A stretch of DNA of 58,740 bases, counting the filler, from Sphacelaria rigidula (taxonomy: Eukaryota): NCBI GenBank assembly GCA_964200075.2. It is 7 parts of 7 records of this genome, joined end to end, with 100 filler letters (N's around TTAATTAATTAA, not from the genome) between each part and the next. Parts side by side here need not be neighbours in the genome. Positions count along the whole stretch, not along the records: positions 16,815 to 25,120 come from CAXNAA020011584.1; positions 25,221 to 33,525 come from CAXNAA020011585.1; positions 33,626 to 41,930 come from CAXNAA020011586.1; 4 more parts are not named here. One strand, 5' to 3'. The position numbers and the translations under genes are program-made. A model generated the notes under the pieces. The model was not told the DNA's origin, did not search any database, and was given only the letters and a program-made list of their open reading frames with translations. Below are positions 23,789 through 35,162 of the stretch, in pieces (position 1 is the stretch's first letter; each line of letters starts with the position of its first letter).

Positions 23789-25785
23789 TTGCGATCACGA
23801 CTCGAGCTTCATTACAGCTGCCCAGGTGATGTGTACATCTCGATAAGTCACACCCGTGCAATGCTGTGTGAATGAAATCCCCTCTCCAACAGTGTAATGT
23901 CGACAGCATGACTACCGAACAACGACGAAGCAGGGCACATACACATTTCTGTGTGTTCTAAGGTTCGTTATGCTGTTACCCTCTTCTCATTTCATTGATT
24001 ACTTCGACATGGCACATACGTCGACAACTTGGTATGCGCGACCATCGCCGGACGAGCGCGTGGTGATGCAGGTTTAAGAAAAATATCCTCAGTGCGACTA
24101 TGATTATGTGGCTGACCCGATTTCGAAACCAGCCACCAACGGCGTCTGAAGGAACATATGTCGTTTCGCAAAAGCGATGGCGAGTTCAAACCACCTGTCC
24201 TGAACCAGCACATAGGCCCGAAACTATCACATCGACATATATGATGAACACACGCCATGTCACCCGTTCATGGACCGTCTCCGGTGCACTTGTTTGTGGG
24301 TGGGGCAGTCGCAGCGTCACCAAGTGCTGCACATGCAGGGCTATTTTTTCATAGCTGGGTTCTCGATACAGCCATATTCCTCTCAACTGCAGGTTTCTTC
24401 CTCCATTGGCTATGTGCTGCTGCATGCGATTTTCGAAAAACCCTCAAAACGTAACCCCAATGTGGCTCATCCGATCGTGCAACTATTTGAAACCTAATCA
24501 TATCCAGAAATCTGGGCCTACCCAAGAGCAATACAGAGGTATGGTTTTTCAGCCATCCTACGAAAGATGGGGGTGAATGGGTTGGTTTCCCGGAAACCGT
24601 GGCTCATAGGTGCCTCAGACGATCTGCCACACTCGCTGTGCGCTTGGATCCGGTTTCAAGTGGTGCCAAGCAGTACAAATAAGCGTTATTTATCTACAGG
24701 AAGCTCGCTCGAACAAGCATTGGTGCTTTCAAAGCCTAATTTACTTGGAACTTCGTGCCATAAGTGGCCCAGGGTTCCCCCCCCCCTATCGTGGAACGAC
24801 TCGTCCGTCGTTCTAAAACCAACGACCGCGTGTAGAATGGAACCCTACGCCGGTTCGCCGGACGGTCAACTGCACACATTTGGTGGGGGGGCTATCTCGG
24901 CAGGAGTCTCTGCAGGTTTTTTATCGCCGACGTCGGATCTGTCGAAGGCTGGTCAGTCGAATAAGATGAACGAAAAAATGAAGAGGTGGGTCTCAGTGAT
25001 GGCGAGACGCTTGGTGCTGAAGTGCCGAACTCCATACCCCGATTAGCAGGGTTGCCAGAAAAATGAGAAGGTATTTTGAAATTAGAATCCACCGCTCCCC
25101 GAGATTGTGTCCATTTTTCGNNNNNNNNNNNNNNNNNNNNNNNNNNNNNNNNNNNNNNNNNNNNTTAATTAATTAANNNNNNNNNNNNNNNNNNNNNNNN
25201 NNNNNNNNNNNNNNNNNNNNACATCCGCATAATTATATCCGTACGTGTGCATGTTCTCTCAGTGTACCTGTTCACATGAACAGCGTTTCGATAGGCGAAC
25301 GGGATATAGGTACGAGTTGTAGATGCAGATGCAGATTCAGACACTCGCGTACAGAGATACAGCTGTCAGTACAGTACAGTGAAGTGTAGTGCAGTACAGT
25401 TCCATGTCTGTTTTCTTGCAACGGCAGCAGAAGCGACCTACACGAGTCGGTGTTCGCTGCTTAACACGACGACCCCCTTGATGTCGTCACATGGTACCGA
25501 CGGTACTGACGGTTCGCACATGATACCGCTTGTGCGTGGCACATGCCGTGCACACAGTACATGAAACATGATATACTGTACGATCTTGCCCCCGTTGATT
25601 CCATTTCAGCCGGTGCCACTATACCGCACGGCGACAGCACTGTCTGGGGGTTCAACCACGCAAGACAGCAACGCAGCATCAAGTCACCACAGAATCAACC
25701 CCGTCGATAAACCACTACTTCTCTCCCCCTCCCCCACGGGACTATTCTCTCGCTGCATGTATCCACAGTCACACGTTTGTCGCAC

Positions 25786-26438
25786 CTTGGCGTTGACCGC
25801 CTGAGCAATGATCTGCCTAGCCTCATGCCAAAAGCATGTCATTTGCGCACCGGCGATGGACATCGTGGTGTGGGTGTTTCCGAAGAAAGGCACGACCTCG
25901 TCGGTGAGGTAGCTCTCCACCTGAGAAACAGCTCGGCCAGTAGCCGTGCAGTCGGCGTAGACTAGCGGTGTCTGCCTGTACCGGGTGCGACACGGAGTGT
26001 TGCGGCCTACTAGTCCGCTGCAGGCGGCGCTTGCTACGGCCTTAAAGGTGCCTTCGAGCTTGTTGCCGACAGTCGCGCTGTCCACTTGGCGTCTTGATCA
26101 TCATGTTCCTACTTTTGTTGTCGGGGTAGTAGGTGAGACAGGCGGCGTCAGTGGTCGTAAACGGCTGAGAACCTGGTCGTTCCGGTGCTGCTGCTGTTGC
26201 GTCTGGAGATGCTGCTCTATCACTGCGGTAGCTCCGGCTTCTGGACGCTGGTCAACCTCTTCGAGGACAGTACAGAAGCTGCGATGTGCATCTCCGGCTA
26301 GTCCTGACGGTGTTGTTGATATAGCGATTTTTTCTGCCTCTTTCGCACTGCTATCATCAAGCGTAAGAGCACCACGGATTATCGCGCAACTGCCGGGTAT
26401 TTGCTGACGCGATATTGCACCAGAATGCTTTAAATTTC
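25786..26438 (-). pseudogene. Aminotransferase class V / cysteine desulfurase-like exon with in-frame stops
   Basis: PLVYADCTATGRAVSQVESYLTDEVVPFFGNTHTTMSIAGAQMTCFWHEARQIIAQAVNAK followed by a gtgcga donor; acceptor cctgtag at 26439. Tandem TGA TGA at 26103-26098 lies inside an otherwise open frame. Confidence 0.75.
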
Positions 26439-27497
26439 CTACAGGAGTGGTACTGTGCTCGTGCTCGGCGAGGGTATGACAACACAGCAGCCCTTTGCCT
26501 TGGCTACACCGACGAACCGGTTTTTTTCATCATCACATTCAATAGATATCCGGCATCGTTTCCGTTCCCGTTATTCCCATCATTCTGCGATGCAGCCCGG
26601 CGCTTATTTCAGGGCACAATTGAGCCATACCATCTCTGCCAGCTCGTTGATATACAGCGCACAAGTCCACCAACTCGCTAGGGAGTACGAGAACTTTGAG
26701 CAATAATATTGGTGCAATAAAGCGGAGTCCGCTGCGGAGTCATGGGATGGTTGGGGTGCACGAAAAAGTAAGTCTCAGGTTTTAATTGTTGGGAGCCCGT
26801 TACATTATTCAAAAACGACTCATGGTTAACGCGAGGACATGCCACGATTAGCATTCCGATGGGTTCTAACATGAGCTACTTCGCTCATCACCTAAAATTG
26901 TGCCATCAGCGCATGGCTTCCGCAGTATACCCAACAGACATGAACAAAAGAGGGGGAACGAGAGGGAAGAATAAGAGCCCGAGTACTCGGCCCAGCGTAA
27001 TGAAAGTGGTGGCAGCATCGAATCGACAACTAACGAAATGCGATAGCCCCCGAAAAGCTTCAATCGGCAAAACACAAGAGGGGAGGGAGGGAGGAATGGG
27101 GGCGGGGGTGGTATGTATGCTGAGCATATCGCCATTGAGGGATGCTACGGTAGGGGTGCACGAATATTTTCTGAGGTTAGAATTGTTAGGAACCTTTTTT
27201 TCTCATCCAAAACACGGCTTATGGAATATGTGAGAGTACGCCAGGACAACTATTCGAAAGTGCTGGGGATATCCCGAATGGATTTGCAAACGAGGATACC
27301 CTGACCCATATTCTTGGGCATCTAGAATCTTGAGGAGCCCCTGAACCAGACAAGATTTCGCACAAAAAGTGCAACCCTACCGTAGCATTGCTCCATTATA
27401 AAATTATGCAGAAAAAAAAGTACTGATGCCTGGTTGCCCCCTGCCTGGGCTGTGAAAAATCCGTGTCTGGGTTGAAAACGGTCAAATGTGAAAACTC

Positions 27498-29012
27498 CAC
27501 ACCCTGGACAATACAATATGTTTCCAATATATATTATTAGTCGATCATATTGGAATTGCGCGATATATTGCCGGTGTAATATATATATATATATATATAT
27601 TGGTACCCTTAGACTGCACATGTATTGCGCGCCCAATATATATTGATGTCGTGGGACTGCATACATATTGGTACTATTGGACTGAACACATATTGCCCCA
27701 TCAATATATATTAGGGCAGCGTGGGCGACAACATGTTGCACGACCAATATATATTAGGGTCGCATTGATGAGAACATATTAACCGGTCGATATATATTGG
27801 GTCTGCGTGGGTGACAATGTATTGGCCGGTCAATATATATGAGATATTATAAGTACCGTGTACGCTCTAGGAGAGATCCAGACGCGATGGATGGCGGAGC
27901 CCGTGCAGATTGGAAAAAGCTTTAAAGGGAGCCGCAGAAGTTCGCGTGCATTACTGCGGAAAGTTGTCGAATGCGTTCGAAATATATATATATATATATA
28001 TACTGGCTAGAGAATATGGGGACAGAAGAGGCGACCCGGTATATATGCCTCCTGATACCTATCTGGTCACCGGTGCGGGGCCGCCCATCCCCTTTCCAGC
28101 GTGTAATATAGATATCTTGGGTAAACATCACGACGACAGAAAACGCGGGTCGATATGCGCCTTTTGGTACCCCTGTGGTCACCGGGGCTGTGTTGCTTAT
28201 ACCCTGGACAATATAGTATGTTCCAAAATGATACCAATACTTCGTATTGGATCCAGCGCAAATATTGTCCTTTCAAGGTATATTGTGTTGAGATATCCTC
28301 GCAGATATTGAAGCAACAACATATATTGCTCGTGTCATGATCATGAAGTAATGTATGTCAATATATATTGTGCATGCCGGCCGTGTATGTATTGAAGCGT
28401 CAATATATATTGAGTCGAGGCGATGCGTAGCATATTGTTTCCATAATATATATTGAACGCAAACCATGCAGAAGTATTGTTTTTCCAATATATGTTGCGC
28501 GCGCTCATCGGATAGCTATTGTGCAGCCAATATATATTGAACACGCTTGCGAAGGATGCGTTGAGCATTTTCGGCATGTAAAATACGTCTGTGAATGGCG
28601 ACCGCGAACAAAGAATTACCCACAATACTAGTTCTAATACACTTTCCAATCCTTATGTTGAAAATCAATACATTTTGCTACATCATGTACTGTGACCTTT
28701 GGTTCCCTCGTGTATTGTCCACCCAATATGTGTTGGCGCTTCGGGTGTCGAGTATATTGAATCGTCAATATATATTGACCTCGGGTGGCAGCAAATATAT
28801 TCCTCGATACATATATATTGGTGCCTTCTCGCACCAACATATTACTCGGCCACTATATAATGAGGTGGCGCGTGTCATGTTATATTGTTTGGTCAATATA
28901 TGTTGCATGTCGCGAGCCTTGATATATTGATGGCACAATCTATCTTGACCACCCGACGCCTCGATATATTGAGCGGGCAATATATATTACATATTGTATT
29001 GTCCAGGGTGTG
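27498..29012. mobile_element. 1.5-kb non-autonomous DNA transposon, TIR CACACCCTGGACAATACAATATGT, 8-bp TSD GAAAACTC
   Basis: gaaaactc|cacaccctggacaatacaatatgt ... acatattgtattgtccagggtgtg|gaaaactc. The interior is packed with caatatatattg-type palindromes; there is an internal TIR-like copy near 28200. Confidence 0.92.
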
Positions 29013-32000
29013 GAAAACTCCTTATGTATTCCCCCTTCTCCCCTCCCCCCCCCACCTCCCAACTGTTTCATCACTACGGTATGCAATATCATGAGTACTC
29101 CACGCCCCTCCTCCCCCCTTCTCCTCCCCCCTAAAAAGTGACGAATGGGGCCTCGACGCTCCTGGACTAAGTAATGCGTACTTGACCCGAAACGACCGTG
29201 AATACTCGCATTTTGCTTACGAAATCGGTGAGGGGGGGTGGGGGGGGGGGGGGGGGGGGGGGGGGGGTGGCGGGGCAGGGTGGCTCCTGGAGGGAAATTA
29301 CAAACTCTAGTAAGTAATTGATACCCAACGATTCGGTTGTTGGGTATAATCAAGATAATTGAATCGTTGCACTTGACTCCAGGGTTTGTATATTTGGTCA
29401 TCTTCCTTATCCCTTGTTCGTCAAGTAGTAAAAAGTGGTGTATTCGAAGCCCCCTTTTTGTTGTGCTCCCCAGCTCGACCCAATCCACGGGTCATTCCAC
29501 CCCTCTGAGCTTCGGTGCTCAAAGTCTTGACATTCAGCCCGCCATGGCCTTGATGTGCGGGTCTGGAACTTCCAGATTGTTCGGAAAAAAACCCGAAACC
29601 TCCAAAACGATATGCCTTTTCGACGAGATATTAACCTCGCCGGATGGAAGACATTATGCATTTCCCTTCTAATTGGTCGATTCCCACCCGCGAGTGCGGC
29701 GGTCAACACCATGGCAGGTAAACATCTTTGAGTCAACATGCGTCAGTGCCGACGATTTCGACTCGAGCATATCCTTTTTACCGCCAGAGCGGTTCATTCG
29801 TTGAACCGGCATCACTTTTACATCATAAAAAATACACGTCAGACGCCCCGACGGTCATATGGCTGATGTACAAGTACTGTATGGACTCTGCTCCTCGCTG
29901 GTGATTCGCATGATTCGCATTCAAAACGCCCACGCTTTCCTTTCCAACCTTCGATGCAACTTTTCACCCGCAATTCGGCGAGCGGATAGGCGTGCATCAG
30001 ACCTTTGTCGTCATTGCGAGTTGTTTCTGTGTTAATGCATCGCCTCTGCTCCGCGTGCTGGCGTCTTGCCACGTGCGTGGCCACATGTTCAGCTTTTGTC
30101 AAAATATATGGCGTAACAATAACTGATCTCTTTTTACTATTGATATGTCTATGCCATTGACTTCGGCTCGCGGGATCACCGCTGCTGTTTTTCCCTTCTG
30201 ACACGGCAACATACATGCTGCTCGCCGTGGCGCATGCGCACGTAGCAACGGTCTCTTCTGTGAAAGCGTTGTTTCGAGCCCAACAGTAGCTATCCCGAAC
30301 CTCCACACTGAAAGTTGCCCTGTCCGCCTCGCGTAAAGCTAGAGGTCTGGGCGCTGAAGGGGCTACTGTGCGCCATCCTTTGATGTCTGGCGTTGAAGTC
30401 TACACGAGATATAGATTGTGCTCCTCCATGAGCCTCGCTGAGTATTTCAAAATTACTCGAGCTTGAAGAAACCTGAAATCCTTTACACCCGCGTGCGCAC
30501 ACCCTACCTACTGAAGTTCTTTTCTGACGTGAAGAAACCGACATGGAAAAGAGACGGTGAAGGATGAACAGTGAACTGCTCCGAATATCTACCAGAGTGA
30601 TGGCACGCCTCGCTAGCACGAACGGTGCCAGCGAATATCCTTGCATCGCTTCATTTAAACCGTACAATCATTAAAAAAAATATCGTTTTCCGGTCTACTC
30701 TGTTTGTCTATTCTACCTCGACACTTTCTACGATAGTCCCCCCCCCCACAAAAAGCAAAAATCCAAACCTGTCACAAAGAACGTTGTCATACAGCACCTG
30801 ATGTTGCTTTCAGGCTCCATGAAGAGCCTCATACGGACGAAATTGGCGAAAACAAACTCAAGCGTAGGGTTTCAAGCTGCTCGTTGTGCTCAGCCTTTTC
30901 CATCTATATTTACGTGTAGATTTTGCCTCCCCAAACCAGTCACTTTTCGGGAGGGGGGCTATCGTAGAAAGTGTCCCTCTGTGTTTCTCTTCATTCTTTT
31001 CCAGCGATAGTTCCATTTTGTACATGTCCGGTTTGTTTATCCTGTGACCACGGCTGCATCCTTGGGGATCAGTGAAGGTGCAGCAATGAAATCACGCTAC
31101 ACGTAGCTTGAACACGCGCTTCTACTGTGAGGTTGAGCGACGCCACACGCGCCATTTAGCCATGCCAATCTCGGAAGAGGAATCGAAGCGTTCGCCTATC
31201 CGACCCCCGACAAAAATAAACCTTCGCCCACGCCTCACAAGGGATCCTCAGTTCAAACTGATCCTTGCTCCAACCTGCCGACAACGCCATTACCCCGCTC
31301 CTATCCACGAGATTCGTGCCAGTCACCACGTTCACACCACTTCCTGCACAACACTCGGCCATACCGGTTTCGACCAGAACCTCGCGGAACGGTCTGTGTT
31401 CCCATGATGCATGCCATCTTCTATTACGGCGGCAAACCAAACAAGATAGTGCTTCCGAAACCACAATATGCGTTTGTACCTGCTCCACCGTACTGTGCCC
31501 TTGGGCACTCACACTTCCGCAGCTCCCTTCTCTACTGTAACCTTCTGTCCCCATATTTCCCGCGCTCTCGCTCTGTACTTCCCCAACGGTGTACGCAAGT
31601 CGCAGTTCAGGTACTCGTTCGGTAGGGTTCATGAGTTAGGGCTCATGCCGAAAATAGTGTGGCCAAAATAGGTGGGCCGCAACCTCTAATCGACCGCTCT
31701 GATGAGGGGTAAGCGTCCTCACAGATAAAGTGGGTAAACAGCAGTCAACGCCTTGGCTCAGGCAAATAGCAATGTTCCAGAACGTTTGTATTATCTCTTC
31801 ACTTCACCCTGTTCACTCTCACACAATCCAATCAACTCAGTCACACAGTAATACACGCTCAATATCCCTCTCACTTCAGTATCACTCTCACAGACTCACC
31901 ACGTACGCTTATGTTAACCCCCAGAGCAAGGCAGGCAGTTGACACCCAGAACCCAGAACCAAGATGGACCAAGATGAACTGACTGAGGAGGGCGGTGCTT

Positions 32001-33005
32001 GATCAGGATGCTCGTACTGAACACGTGACTGTACTCGCATAACCTACGTCATTATATATCATCCCTCTGATTGGTCACCTCACCCTCCGCAATTGCAACA
32101 TGGTCCATCCTATTTGTACCGCATTGTATCCTGCGTTTCTGTTGCCCATGGCAGAGCGTGAGCATAGTTGATTAACCTGATCCCACGGCTTTCGTTTCTG
32201 ACACTTCGTTATTTCGATAAGGTGCGAGAGCATGTGCTGCAGCGCTCGACCTTTTCTACCTCAAGCCATGTTGCAGAGGCCGGCCACTTCCACGTCTTGT
32301 TTTTGTCCCTATCTTGCATTTTTTCAGTCTACTCTGTTTGGCTGTTCTACCCTCATGTTCGTCACTTTCCCTCAGCAAGTAGCGTTCAAGTTCGGTTCAG
32401 GTCGGATGCGTCTATCATGTGAGCGCGGCTGGATTGGGGATCAGTGAATGTTCGACAACAATATGAATAAAAAATACGAGAAAAGCGACGATGTCAATTT
32501 CTCATTCTTCGCTGTAGTGCCAAGTGTGCTGTATGTGTGTTCCCTGACACATGATCCATTGAAATTGTTCCGCGATAGGTGCGAGCTGAAGTTGGATGGC
32601 GCAGCGAACCGGCACAGAGCACAACCCCCGCTGCATGGACCTCTCGATGGACATCGGTGGAAAGAGGAAATAATGCTCCACGATGCCGACGCCCCCTCAT
32701 AGCCGTAGCCCGAAACGAGGGGGGCAGGAGAGAGACGCAGACCGTTTGAAAGCAAAACAACGAGGGGGGGTGTAAGATGTGTTCTCATGTTGTGCTTTTG
32801 ATTGCGCGACATGACACAGGGAAAATATGGGGAAATATCCAAAATTGCGTCAGTTACATTTCATCAACATAGTGATACCTACTCCACCGACCGTTATAAT
32901 CAAACGGGAAAAAACTTTCCACAAAGATTTGCATCTCAACAACAGTCATCTGCATCTTTGCTTCCGGTTACACACTTGTTTATCCATGATGTGTCATCAT
33001 GCCCG

Positions 33006-33276
33006 TGTAACTCTTGTTTTAGCATGCCGTGCAAGCATGCTCTCACCTTACATGGTTTCAGTGCCATCGTTACACAACTCGACCACCAGTCATGTAGGGG
33101 GGAAAATAAGCGTTTCTTCTTTCACCGTGTCATGCAGTAACACCTGTTATACACTTGTTATGGCATGCCGTACAAGCATGCTCCCACTGTACGCGATTTC
33201 AGTGCCATCGTTACTATGTCGATCACCAACCATGTACGGGGGGAAAATTAGCATTTCTTCTTCATCATGTCATGCG
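33006..33276 (+). repeat. Two-copy tandem duplication, about 135-bp unit
   Basis: cttgtt.t.gcatgccgt.caagcatgctc...tttcagtgccatcgttac...ggggggaaaat...tgtcatgc occurs twice. Confidence 0.8.
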
Positions 33277-33732
33277 TAACATGTCTTTTGTTCGTACCTA
33301 CCACATACAGCAACGTGATTTGCACTCAGTCTGTACCCCGCAGGGCACCGGTTATGTCAGTTCCTTTTTCAAACAGCCCCCCCCCAGTTCAATCAACCGT
33401 CAGTGGTGCCCCAAGTCGTGACCAACGCACTCCTACACCTCTCGTGTTTCCACCTCCTTTTGGGAATCGAGATCAAGGGGCAGTCCAACTCACAGTTTAC
33501 AACCTTCCGACTGCAACGTGCCTACNNNNNNNNNNNNNNNNNNNNNNNNNNNNNNNNNNNNNNNNNNNNTTAATTAATTAANNNNNNNNNNNNNNNNNNN
33601 NNNNNNNNNNNNNNNNNNNNNNNNNGGGCTAACACCAAACCCTGAACGTTAATCTCTTCTTAACTCAAAAAAACACATAAACTCCCGAGCCCCCCCCCCC
33701 CCCCCCCCCACCCCACCCCTCTGCATGGCGCA

Positions 33733-34047
33733 ATGGAGGCGGCGAAAAAAATGAAACTGCAATTTCGGGTGGGGGACCTGGATCTGTCAGAAAGGAAAAA
33801 GAGATGTGCCAGTAGGCGAGAGGAGGAGAGAATGGATGCACAGAATTGCCCCTGTGGCAAAGCAATAGAGGGTAGAACTCATATTGTGGTAGAATGTGAA
33901 GAAGGAGGAACGAGACGTGCGAGAGGGGGGAATGCGGAACGTGAACGAAGGTGGCGTGAAATCGTTTGATGCATCAGACAGTACGGGAGAAAACAATGGC
34001 TAAACTAGGAGATAGGTGGCGGCCGCAGACGGCAAAACAGGACGGGG
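33733..34047 (+). mobile_element. Non-LTR retrotransposon ORF2 C-terminal fragment (CCHC-type knuckle)
   Basis: KLQFRVGDLDL...CPCGKAIEGRTHIVVEC, then frameshifted LGDRWWPQTAKQDGD. Interrupted by an oppositely oriented tail at 34048. Confidence 0.65.
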
Positions 34048-34390
34048 ATTGATTGATTTGATTGATTGATTGTCGCACTTCAACTGACCCCCCAGGGGTC
34101 CAGCCGTGGTCTCATGATAGACGTACCCAAGAAAAACGAAACTGAAACACGCTCTAAGGGAAAACAAAAAAAACAGAAAGAGGGGTCGAACAGAACGACA
34201 TAGCAGACTAATTCGTGATAAAAAAGTAATAAAAAGTCAACACAAGCAAAGCACAGAAATAAAATGGCCAGCCTAAAACAAGAAAAAGGAAAAGAAGAGG
34301 AAAGTACAAAGCAAATAAAATGAAATACAATGAAACGATGGAAAAAATAAAAGGAAAAGGCCTGAGGGATTCAGGGCAGCAGAGTAGATA
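34048..34390 (-). mobile_element. Retroposon 3' tail ending gaagtgcgacaa(tcaa)n
   Basis: (gatt)n-gtcgcacttcaactgacccccc..., homologous to 53240-53580. Confidence 0.75.
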
Positions 34391-34499
34391 CAGGCACACA
34401 CCAATGGGTACCGCAATATGATATGTAAACGGTTTTTGTCATGTATGGAAAAGGCGTAATGGACACTGAAATGTTGGAGATGTCCTACTACGAGTAGGA

Positions 34500-34575
34500 A
34501 CGGTGCTCCGTCTCGAAAGCGTTGCGTGGTCAATGGTTAAACGACTGAGGCACGCAACAAATGAGTACGCCCCCC
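34500..34575. repeat. Dispersed repeat core (tgctccgtctcgaaa...gcgtggtcaatggt..aacgact.aggca.gcaacaaatgagtacgc-polyC)
   Basis: Copies near 8150, 47730-47995, 56830-56900 and 57183-57250. Confidence 0.8.
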
Positions 34576-35162
34576 CACCCCCCCCCCCCCCCCCCCCCTC
34601 GCGCGCGTTCGTTGTTACCCTCGTCCCTACCTTCATTTCTTCCATGAAACCATAACAGAAGACTCTGGGAAGGAGGCCGACGGACATCCTACTCGAACAA
34701 GCACAAAGAGACGTTCACGCCGGCGCCGCAGGAAAAGGAGAGCTCGTAGGACAACCGGTGATCACGTTGAGGAAACGTCGGACGCTTTGGGCACAGCGGG
34801 ACTTGGGATTAGCGGATCTCGGCGATTCTCGTATACACTAAATACGACAGGATGGCCGGGAGGGGACAGGGGGGCGACGGACGAACCCACGTTGGAGATG
34901 GGTGAGATGTAACGTGTCGGAGTAAAGGGATGTCGACTTGCATTATGCCACGGCAGATGGACATACAGGTTTTCGATTTTGTACGCTTCTCTTACTTTCA
35001 TGAACGAGACAAGCTGAACATGATTGATCTGAGCACGATAACGTGATCTACGAGACATGGCTGTAAATTGTCGTCGCGGGACCACAAGCAAACATTGACT
35101 TCATCATCCCCTACGTTGCCATCGAACCGCCCGAACTTGTACGTGTGTCCCTGTGCAAAGGA

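Noticed and set aside
26098..26103. Tandem TGA as selenocysteine or readthrough
   Set aside because: It lies in a non-conserved low-complexity stretch, and conserved residues nearby are also damaged. Decay is the simpler explanation.
27540..29000. CRISPR-like array of palindromic repeats
   Set aside because: The repeats are short, degenerate and irregularly spaced, lie inside a TIR/TSD-bounded transposon, and there are no cas genes.
31770..32100. Possible solo LTR (minus strand starts TGTTGCA, with CCAAT and TATA-like motifs)
   Set aside because: I could not find a matching TSD or a second copy.
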